Of a stretch of 64,000 nt of DNA, positions 10,963 through 18,995 are shown piece after piece (within the stretch, counting starts at the first letter, position 1; the number at the start of each line of letters is the position of its first letter). Where the stretch lies: assembly GCA_963699545.1 (NCBI GenBank), contig CAVOUE010000005.1, positions 192,001 to 256,000 on the forward strand, read 5' to 3'. The translations under genes were made by a program, and so were the position numbers. A model generated the notes under the pieces. It made no database searches. It was not told the DNA's origin and was given only the letters and a program-made list of their open reading frames with translations. The DNA comes from Nitrospirota bacterium (GTDB lineage Bacteria > Nitrospirota > Thermodesulfovibrionia > Thermodesulfovibrionales > UBA9159).

Positions 10963-13900
10963 CTATTTCAGCCTGAGCGCGGGATCGCCAATGATGTTAT
11001 ACATATCAATCATGGATGGCACCGTTCCCTTTGTCCTGTATTCTGTGAAGGCCTTCACTACCGCCTCTCCCAGTGTCTTTTTCCCTCCGGAGAAGACCGC
11101 CTTGTAGAATTCACTGTTGAGTACTTCAGCCTCTGAGTTGTCGGACAACCCGGTGGCCGACCAAACTGCTGCTGCTCCGCCGCCCGTCTTCAACAACATG
11201 GACTCGCTCAGCGAGAGGTAATCCGGCAGCGCAAACTCGCCTGCAGCACAGGTCATGGCAACCATAACCGGAAGTCCGTTCCCATTGGTCAGGGAATCCA
11301 CCTGGAGGGCATCCGGATACCAGCTACTGCTGGCAAAAATCGACCAGTTTGAGAGAACATCTATTCCGGCGTGGCCAATATAGTTAAAGAACGAGGCGCC
11401 GTTGTTCAGGTAGGTCGAAAGCATCGCCCTGGCCTCATCGAAAGAATGTTCGGCAAGGTATACCCTCTCCCGAATGTAATTCGACGGGAACAGGGCGGCC
11501 ATCACTTCACTGTTGAGCGTAAAGTTGCCTCCCCCATCAGGGTAATCCGCAAGCAGGACGGCCCGGTTCCCCGGGGTGCTTTCGAATGTCTTTATCTTGT
11601 TAATGATATTCTGCACATCGTCAGGAACGAGGATAGGAAGTCGTCCTATTGCCATATCGGGCACATGGTCGCCGTTCACATCCGCCAGGTAATTGTCAGA
11701 TGTCACAAGCCCGTATGATGTCGGCACCAATGCGGGGGGTATGAGATTCCCGCCCGCGCCCAGGTTATCCCTGTAGTCCCATGTCCCATTTCCTGCCAGC
11801 ACTATGTATCGTGGGGCCTTTTTCCAATTGTGGTATGCATAGGACAGGAACAGCCTGATCGCCTCGGGGCTTGAGAGTCCGAAATTGAATTCGTTCATGA
11901 TATCATCCACCTTCACCACCATTGCTTTCAAGCCCTGTGCTTTCCTGTAAAGGGCAAGAGGCTGTACCGCCGGGACCAGTTCTCCAGGCGCGATGATAAG
12001 ATAATCGGCCGAGAGATCCTTCGATCGCAGACCCGCTGGAACAACCGCGCGTCCATTGCCCACTTTCACGACCGCATCAGCTGCAACAGCCAGATAGAGT
12101 GCATCGGCTGAAACGGGTTTAACGCTGATCCGGTAGTTCCCTGGCGCACCATCAATGGTCGTGGCGGTGTTCAACTTCGGAGACTCGGCATCCGTAACGT
12201 CAAAGAGAAGGATGTCCGGCGTCGCAGTGGTGAACCCGCTGACGGTCACGGTATTGTTCCCGTCCCCTCTGAAGAAGAGTCTGTTCCCCGATGCGGTGTA
12301 AAGCCGTTCGTAGGTGAGGTCAAAGGAGTCTATGAGGAACATGCTCCAGGGAACGCCTGCATCCAGAACCCCTTGCACCTCGATCGTGTTTTGCCCGTCA
12401 TTGAGCAAAGACTGGCTGAAAGTGGCAGTCAGGGTATAAGGATTCAAACCTTCCCATTGTCCCTCACCTATCTGCTGACCATTGAGCCTTACTATAACGT
12501 GGTGGTCGGGGTTCGTCCCCGCATCGGAGCCGCCAAAAAGATGCACTTGGAGCGTAGCCGCAGTATTCGTATCCGCTTTCCCGTATCCGGAGAACGTGAA
12601 GCTCTTGGGGCCATCACTGTACGAAGCGCTCAGGAAGATCAGGTCCCAGTCCCAGAAGTCAACTCCGGGGTCATCGAGCTGCATATTGGGGATCAGGTCC
12701 TGTTCGATATGCAAGGTCTCCGTAAAGGCCTTGTTACCGGGTGCAGGGACAGGGTGCGGTCCTGTCTGATAATTCATGGTCGCGCCCTTGTCGGTATCGA
12801 TCCAGTAGATGTTATCGCGTGTATATACACTGTCCGTTGCCGTACCATAGAAGAACATGCCGGTGTCATGGTTGGCGGCCAAATAGGCGACAGGGTTGCC
12901 CTGATTGCTCACCGACAACCTGTCATGAGCGATAAGGGACGAAATTTTTGAAGAGGAACTGCCAAGCAGCTTCGCCAGATCACCAGCATCCACGTAATAG
13001 ATCCCGTTTGCGGTCACGGGTATCTTTACACGGGTTCCCACAACAGATGCCTGGCTTGTTCTGACCAGCTGGGCGGATTCGTTTGCAGCCTTTGCGGCCT
13101 GCACGCGGGATTCCTTGAATGCAGAATGTTCCCGTGCGCTGCGGTTGTAGTCGGAAGGATGGAACGAGTTCGCCCTGCCGGACGTCTTTACCGAGCGGTC
13201 CGTTATCCCGCCGGAAGGGGCGTCATTTCCCCCTTCCACAGACACGGTAAAGGGACCGTATGAGATCTGATCGCCGCTCCTCTCGACCTCGACAAGTCTA
13301 TATTGGTATACCTCACCAGGGAACGCCCCCTTGTCGATGATCGTGTATGTTCCGCCTCTGCGGGAGGTGATGACGCCGGGCAGTAAGCCCTCGGTCAAGC
13401 TCCGGTATTCGCCCGTGGCGGCGTCCAGCCTCAAAAGGTAAAAGCCCAGGGTATTATGCTCGGAGGCCGTCTCCCACTCCACTACTACCTGACCGTCATG
13501 CTCATGTGCGCCGAAGAAGGAGAGAACGACCCGTGTGGGGACGACAGGACTGGCGTAGCCGAAATGGACATTGGATTGATTGCCACCGCTGAGATCCACG
13601 GTTTCCTGGCCGTTGAAAGGCCCGGTTGTGCCTTCGGTCTTCTCATAGGTGGGGAAGTAGCCGCTCAAAACACCGGTGTTATCCGTGACCTTGACAGTAT
13701 AGGTGCCGCTCGCCAAGCCACTGAAGCTATAATTTCCGGTGGCGGCAGTGGAGGTCGTTGCAACGGTATTACCCCCCTGCAACAGAGAGATCGTCACTCC
13801 GCCTATGCCTGCTTCACCGCCGTCAATAGTGCCATTGTTATTATTATCACTCCAGATGTTCCCTGACACGCTGCGGGACGTCGTGGCCTGGTAGCCAAAG

Positions 13901-16900
13901 TTCTTATCCAGGGAGTTACCCCCACCGACTATGCTCGCGCCCTGCTGCTGCCCGGTCGTCACCCCATCGCTGTCAGTTCCGCTGAACGTGTAACCGCCGG
14001 GCGGAGATTCGATGCTTACGATATAATTCCCATTGCTCAGCCCGGAGAAAACGTAATTGCCGTTGGCATCAGTGGTCACGGTTGTAATCAGTGTGTCGCC
14101 ACCGTTTATCTGTCCGTTCCCGTTCACATCGTTGTACAACTTTACGCTGACTCCGCTGATTCCCAGTTCGCCCGTCTCCTGGCCGTTAATGCCGTTGATA
14201 TCGTTAAACACTGTACCGGCAATGCTCCTTCGCAGATCATAACCGAAGTTAGGAGCTGAGCTATAATCAACATTGGCGGTGACGTTTATAACCTGCTTTG
14301 TACTGGAAATAGCTGAACTCGTCGTGCCGAAGTAATTGGCCAGTTTCGCGTTCGTGTCGGTGACCTTGATGGTATAGTCCGCCCCTCCTCCAGTAACCCC
14401 GGAGAAAGTGAAATATCCATTAGCATCGGTGGTCGTGGTCGCAATGACATTGAGACTGGCATCCAGCAAATCCAGCGTCACCAGAGCGATACCCGTCTCG
14501 CCCACATTCACAGAACCATTGCCATTGGCATCGAACCAGACCCTGTCTGTGATGGAGTAAGTCGTCCCGCTGTGATAGCCGAAGTTCGCATACTGGATGA
14601 CGTCGCCTGCGCTGAGGTTATTGATAAAGAGCGGATCGTTAGGTGGCGCCGTCCTCGTATACCCTGTCAGTTTCGCCTGGCTCCCGTCAACATATACGAA
14701 GTAATCCTCACTACCGGTGGCCGGCACCCCGGTGAACAGATAGCTGCCGTCAGGCGCGGTAGTGGTGGAACCCCACAGGGTATCACCGGCTCCAGGCTCG
14801 AACGTGCCGTTGCCGTTTGCGTCCTGCCAGAGCTGGACCGTTACTCCGCCCAGTCCGGGTTCACCTGCATCGCGACTGCCGCTACTGTTCGCGTCGCTCC
14901 AGATCGAGCTTCTGATGGTGGCGCTCCCCGGAGCAGACTTATAGCCCAGATCCGCGCCCACGTATGACAAGCCGGCGCTCAGATTGAAGGCATTCGTGCG
15001 GTTGTCGCTGTGACCGGCAGGAGCGGACTGCTGTAGACCGGAAGGAAGCGTCCCCGGGGTTATTTCGATGTAGTATCCATTACCGGATTCCACGCCAGTA
15101 AACAAGTAATGACCTGTGGCGTCTGTCGTGGTTGTCATGACCGAGGCCCCGAGCCAGTTCTTCAGTGTCACGTCAACGTTGGCGAGCCCCGGCTCACCCA
15201 GATCCAAAACGCCGTTGCCGTTGGCATCGAGCCAGACGCGGTCGCCCACTTCAGCGCTCCCGGAAGACGGGTTGACGACGATGTTGGTAACGCTTGCAGT
15301 GAGCGCTAACGGGATTTCATTGCTGTTGACAAAAGCCGTGTTGGTGATCTGTTCGATCCCGCTGGCCAGGGGGTTATCCACTGTGACGTTGTACGTCAGG
15401 GTGAGGGAGTTACCTGGCCGGATACGACAACCGGTCCCGCCGGACAGGAGATCGGGCGGACTGCCGGTCGTAAAAGTACCGAGTAAACCGTAGCTGATAT
15501 CCACATTATCGACGGAGAAAGTCTTGTTGGTGGCATTGAATCCCCCGGTGACCCGAAAGCGTATCGTCGTATTGGCAGAGATATAGGGTGTGAGATTGTA
15601 AGGAGGAGCAACATTCGGAGTGCCACCCGTGAAGGTCGCCAGGGTCGTAAATGGACCCGCTGCGCTAGTGCTGGCCTCCACCACCAACGTATCGCCGGCC
15701 ACGAGGTTAGCGGAGCCGTAGCTGAAGTTGAGCAGCGGATTCACCGCACCTGTGAGATCGGCGGTGCGCTGGACCTGAGTCCCTGAGGCGTTGGCAGGGA
15801 CGTTGTAAATTATGTCCACATTGTCGAGGTAGACTAGGTCGCCTCCAGCATTCCAATTCTGACCGGCACGGAATCGAACAGTGAGTGTATTGTTGCCGGC
15901 CAAGGCAATGGTTAACGTTTGGTTGTTCCCGCTCCAGCCGCCAGTACCTCCATCGTACGTACCGATGTTTACATAACCGCCACCGTCCAGGCTGTACTCC
16001 GCAACCAGCGTCTCGCCCCCATCGAATCCCCCGTCAGTTGGAGTAAAGCTGATTGTGGCGCTCGTTGCGCCAGTTACAGTCGCAGTCCTTAAGATCGCAT
16101 CGTTTGCCTGACATTGCGTAAATTCCAACCGGTTATTTCCATTGCTGAGCCGTATAGTTCCGGTGCTGTAATCGGGAGCGCCCGCATCGTTCTCTTCCGT
16201 CCAGCTGCCGGCCCAATTATTTGAACCATAATTTCCGCCATAAGTATTGTTGGTGGTGAACTCATCCCGCACATTCGAGAGCAAATATCTGAACTGCAAC
16301 TGGCCTCCGGTGATCCATACGAATCCACCTGTCGCCCCGGTTGCGCCGCCGTAACTGTCCGTCTCGGTCCAGTTGCCCGCCCAGTTGTTAGTATTGTTCG
16401 GGCCGTTGTTGGTGTAGGCGGAAGCCGCAAACTCGTCGCGGACGTTCCGCGGCAACTCACAGGTCACTGACCCGCTGGCCGCCACATAGGTCACCCCGTC
16501 GGGAAGCGGGTCGTACACAGATACACCTGTGAAGGCCGCCGCCGAAGGGTTTGTCACGGTGACGGTATAGGTGAACTGGTTTCCAGGGTATAGAGGGCTG
16601 GGAGCGTTTGAGGTCTTTGTCACACTCAGATTACCATAGCTGTTGAACGCAAAGTCGGAAGCGACAAAGGTCTGGGTCGCTCCTGCCACGGTTCTGGTTC
16701 CGCTCGTCTGGACCACATTGCGGGTGATATCGCCCACATTGAAGTTCTGTGTTGTCTGGGCGGTGAACGTGACGGTTATCGTCTGGTTTGCAGCCATATT
16801 GCCGAGCATACTGCTGGGCCAGGTCAGGATCAAATTACCGCCGCTTATCGTGGGATTTGCGGATCCGCCGCTGACCGTTGTCATGTCCGCGATGGTGATC

Positions 16901-18618
16901 GTAGTGCTGTTGTTCACATACTGCCAGCCTGTAGGGAGGGTGTCGACCACGCTGATCCCTGCGACGTCAAAGTGATAAGAATTAATCACGAGCGTATAGG
17001 TGGATTGCGCACCCGCCGTCGTTGAGACTACAACCGGGTTGGCTGATTTCTTTACCGTAAGTACCTTGTCAATAAAATCACCGCCGGGGAACGAAACATA
17101 CCCCAGATCAATGGCCGGGGCTGCCGTAGGAGAAGTATCAGGGTTCTGGCCGTATGCGATCGCAATGGGACCGGTGGCCCAGACATGGGTGTTCGACAAA
17201 TTGCCGTCCCCTGTATCGTACACGTATTGTGTCTGGAGGCGGTTCAGCGTGTAGGTCTGGTCAGGGATCCCGTCATCGTTCGTATCGATAAACACCCGGG
17301 TATTGTCCTGGACCGGGGTAATAAAAATCCCGGAGTCATCGTAATTTGCCGCAAGGATAGGAGTCGCGTAAGCCCCCGGCGCCCAGCCGAAGAAATGCTC
17401 GTTCCCGAGCAGAAATGACGGCACAAGGGGATAACCCCATTCATGGGTTGGTCCCCCCGTGTCGATCGTCGACACTCCCCAGAAGACCTCGCTCGCTTTC
17501 ACGTAGACCCCCGAACCTGCAGGCACGTAGCCTCCTGTCATCTCACTAAATGAACGCGTCTGCCCGGCCGGGACACTGAATGAACCAGAGGCAGAACTGG
17601 TCTGGTAGTTGATCGTCAGGGCAGAAGACTGCGGGTTAAAGACATAGAGCTGTGTGGGATAATTGGAACCGGCGTCGCTCGGCACAGGGGCATAGTACTC
17701 GTTGTCCCACATGCCGCTCGGAAAGGCGCTGAAGCCGCGTGCTTCAAACGTCGCGGTCTGATCTCCCACGATATAGTTCACCTGCAGGGTATCGGAGCCC
17801 TGTATGACTGTCCCCGTAGGCAGGGATACTGCGCCCGTAGTCGGAAACGGGGCGAAACGATCAAGCAGGAAGACCTCTCCGGAATTGAGCGTTACCTGCG
17901 TTGCAGTCTGGGTGCAGGGATTATTATGGCTTATGCAAACGGTATCGCCAAAGGTCCCGTCCTTATTGAAATCGAAGGTAACAACCGTGTTATCCTTCGT
18001 GGCCTGAATCAGTGCAAACACCCTTCTGAAATCGAGATAGTTGCGGGGGGCACCATAAAGGTCGTCGCCAAAGGGGAGGATATACCTGACCATTTGCGGC
18101 TTGACAGGATAAACCTCCCATGCCAAAGAAAACACCGTCCCGTCAGTCTCCTCCCAGCTCGTTCGTGTGACGGTAACGACTCCACCGGCAACATAGATTC
18201 GATCCCGGCCGTCGTAGTAAGTTGCGGTCCCCCTCGGGTTCACCGGTATATTGGAGCTCTCAAATATCCTGCTGTCTCCGGCATTGGCCAGGACGTACTT
18301 TTCGTCGGCTGTCGCATCGGGGTTGTTCGGGTCGAAATTATATCCGTTCTCCCATTGGTCGTAGTAGATTGTTGTATTCGGCGACCATGCGACAACGCTG
18401 ATGATTGTGTGCCTGGGAGCGGTGAGCGCAACAGGACCCGCCGCGCCGATGTCGGCCCAAACCTGTCCCAAAATGTTTTCATCACCGGGGATAAAGTATT
18501 CCGAGTAACCCGCAGGAGCAGCGCCATAGCTGTACGTTGCGCATGACAAAAAAACCATAAGACTTAGGAAAAATTTATAGAGGGCTGTCATTGATCTCAG
18601 GAATGTCTTTGCGGTCAT
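10963..18618 (-). CDS. Giant (2551 aa) secreted surface protein: IgGFc-binding-like N-terminus, DUF11-type domains, five SdrD-B-like repeats, C-terminal C25 (gingipain/PorU-like) peptidase
   Basis: Signal-peptide-like N-terminus; DUF11 motifs (VTKTS...TYTVTVTN...VYDPLP); GDRVWLDANGNG-type repeats; C25 motifs ADYLII, LAGNGTWDY, IGRLP, YIGHAG, AMTCAAG, YNIIGDPAL. Uninterrupted ORF. Confidence 0.88.
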   Translation of the reverse strand: MTAKTFLRSMTALYKFFLSLMVFLSCATYSYGAAPAGYSEYFIPGDENILGQVWADIGAAGPVALTAPRHTIISVVAWSPNTTIYYDQWENGYNFDPNNPDATADEKYVLANAGDSRIFESSNIPVNPRGTATYYDGRDRIYVAGGVVTVTRTSWEETDGTVFSLAWEVYPVKPQMVRYILPFGDDLYGAPRNYLDFRRVFALIQATKDNTVVTFDFNKDGTFGDTVCISHNNPCTQTATQVTLNSGEVFLLDRFAPFPTTGAVSLPTGTVIQGSDTLQVNYIVGDQTATFEARGFSAFPSGMWDNEYYAPVPSDAGSNYPTQLYVFNPQSSALTINYQTSSASGSFSVPAGQTRSFSEMTGGYVPAGSGVYVKASEVFWGVSTIDTGGPTHEWGYPLVPSFLLGNEHFFGWAPGAYATPILAANYDDSGIFITPVQDNTRVFIDTNDDGIPDQTYTLNRLQTQYVYDTGDGNLSNTHVWATGPIAIAYGQNPDTSPTAAPAIDLGYVSFPGGDFIDKVLTVKKSANPVVVSTTAGAQSTYTLVINSYHFDVAGISVVDTLPTGWQYVNNSTTITIADMTTVSGGSANPTISGGNLILTWPSSMLGNMAANQTITVTFTAQTTQNFNVGDITRNVVQTSGTRTVAGATQTFVASDFAFNSYGNLSVTKTSNAPSPLYPGNQFTYTVTVTNPSAAAFTGVSVYDPLPDGVTYVAASGSVTCELPRNVRDEFAASAYTNNGPNNTNNWAGNWTETDSYGGATGATGGFVWITGGQLQFRYLLSNVRDEFTTNNTYGGNYGSNNWAGSWTEENDAGAPDYSTGTIRLSNGNNRLEFTQCQANDAILRTATVTGATSATISFTPTDGGFDGGETLVAEYSLDGGGYVNIGTYDGGTGGWSGNNQTLTIALAGNNTLTVRFRAGQNWNAGGDLVYLDNVDIIYNVPANASGTQVQRTADLTGAVNPLLNFSYGSANLVAGDTLVVEASTSAAGPFTTLATFTGGTPNVAPPYNLTPYISANTTIRFRVTGGFNATNKTFSVDNVDISYGLLGTFTTGSPPDLLSGGTGCRIRPGNSLTLTYNVTVDNPLASGIEQITNTAFVNSNEIPLALTASVTNIVVNPSSGSAEVGDRVWLDANGNGVLDLGEPGLANVDVTLKNWLGASVMTTTTDATGHYLFTGVESGNGYYIEITPGTLPSGLQQSAPAGHSDNRTNAFNLSAGLSYVGADLGYKSAPGSATIRSSIWSDANSSGSRDAGEPGLGGVTVQLWQDANGNGTFEPGAGDTLWGSTTTAPDGSYLFTGVPATGSEDYFVYVDGSQAKLTGYTRTAPPNDPLFINNLSAGDVIQYANFGYHSGTTYSITDRVWFDANGNGSVNVGETGIALVTLDLLDASLNVIATTTTDANGYFTFSGVTGGGADYTIKVTDTNAKLANYFGTTSSAISSTKQVINVTANVDYSSAPNFGYDLRRSIAGTVFNDINGINGQETGELGISGVSVKLYNDVNGNGQINGGDTLITTVTTDANGNYVFSGLSNGNYIVSIESPPGGYTFSGTDSDGVTTGQQQGASIVGGGNSLDKNFGYQATTSRSVSGNIWSDNNNNGTIDGGEAGIGGVTISLLQGGNTVATTSTAATGNYSFSGLASGTYTVKVTDNTGVLSGYFPTYEKTEGTTGPFNGQETVDLSGGNQSNVHFGYASPVVPTRVVLSFFGAHEHDGQVVVEWETASEHNTLGFYLLRLDAATGEYRSLTEGLLPGVITSRRGGTYTIIDKGAFPGEVYQYRLVEVERSGDQISYGPFTVSVEGGNDAPSGGITDRSVKTSGRANSFHPSDYNRSAREHSAFKESRVQAAKAANESAQLVRTSQASVVGTRVKIPVTANGIYYVDAGDLAKLLGSSSSKISSLIAHDRLSVSNQGNPVAYLAANHDTGMFFYGTATDSVYTRDNIYWIDTDKGATMNYQTGPHPVPAPGNKAFTETLHIEQDLIPNMQLDDPGVDFWDWDLIFLSASYSDGPKSFTFSGYGKADTNTAATLQVHLFGGSDAGTNPDHHVIVRLNGQQIGEGQWEGLNPYTLTATFSQSLLNDGQNTIEVQGVLDAGVPWSMFLIDSFDLTYERLYTASGNRLFFRGDGNNTVTVSGFTTATPDILLFDVTDAESPKLNTATTIDGAPGNYRISVKPVSADALYLAVAADAVVKVGNGRAVVPAGLRSKDLSADYLIIAPGELVPAVQPLALYRKAQGLKAMVVKVDDIMNEFNFGLSSPEAIRLFLSYAYHNWKKAPRYIVLAGNGTWDYRDNLGAGGNLIPPALVPTSYGLVTSDNYLADVNGDHVPDMAIGRLPILVPDDVQNIINKIKTFESTPGNRAVLLADYPDGGGNFTLNSEVMAALFPSNYIRERVYLAEHSFDEARAMLSTYLNNGASFFNYIGHAGIDVLSNWSIFASSSWYPDALQVDSLTNGNGLPVMVAMTCAAGEFALPDYLSLSESMLLKTGGGAAAVWSATGLSDNSEAEVLNSEFYKAVFSGGKKTLGEAVVKAFTEYRTKGTVPSMIDMYNIIGDPALRLK
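13560..15250 (-). repeat. Five tandem SdrD-B-like domain repeats within the giant protein
   Basis: VGDRVWLDANGNG..GEPGL; IRSSIWSDANSSG..GEPGL; ITDRVWFDANGNG..GETGI; IAGTVFNDINGING..GELGI; VSGNIWSDNNNNG..GEAGI. Confidence 0.85.
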
Positions 18619-18713
18619 AAAAGAAATCCTCCTCTTTCTGGAGTGTTACGCCTCCCCTTCATGCGGTACACCTCCCAACAAAAGCGCCGCGACGCAAAAC
18701 TTCCTGTCTTATC

Positions 18714-18731
18714 ATGCAGTTTTTGTACCAG
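18714..18731 (-). promoter_or_regulatory. Sigma-54 (-24/-12) promoter for the giant-protein/RiPP operon
   Basis: Minus strand CTGGTACAAAAACTGCAT: exact GG-N10-GC spacing, close to the TGGCAC-N5-TTGC consensus, about 100 bp upstream of the ATG. Confidence 0.75.
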
Positions 18732-18790
18732 TTGCCTTGTTTAATAGTATATTGATATGCATGGGAAAAAAAGCCTTTCCATCCTGAGAC

Positions 18791-18837
18791 TGTAGAATAA
18801 TGACAAATAGTGTCAAGTACAGTGTAAAAACCCGACA
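18791..18837. promoter_or_regulatory. Candidate enhancer-binding-protein sites (two TGT-N9-ACA boxes)
   Basis: TGTAGAATAATGACA (18791-18805) and TGTAAAAACCCGACA (18823-18837), 32 bp apart, with the palindrome TGACAAATAGTGTCA overlapping the first; about 60-110 bp upstream of the sigma-54 site. Confidence 0.6.
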
Positions 18838-18995
18838 ACCCCATCGATTATCTTATCCTAATATATGCTTATATGTAAACAATAAAATTGTGCCTGAAAT
18901 GCATAACCGGGGCGTTCGCCACCCCCTCACGCCGACTCAGGATGCTTCACCAAGACGTGCTGAGAGGCCGTGCTGCACTCAGGCGGCACCCCCCC

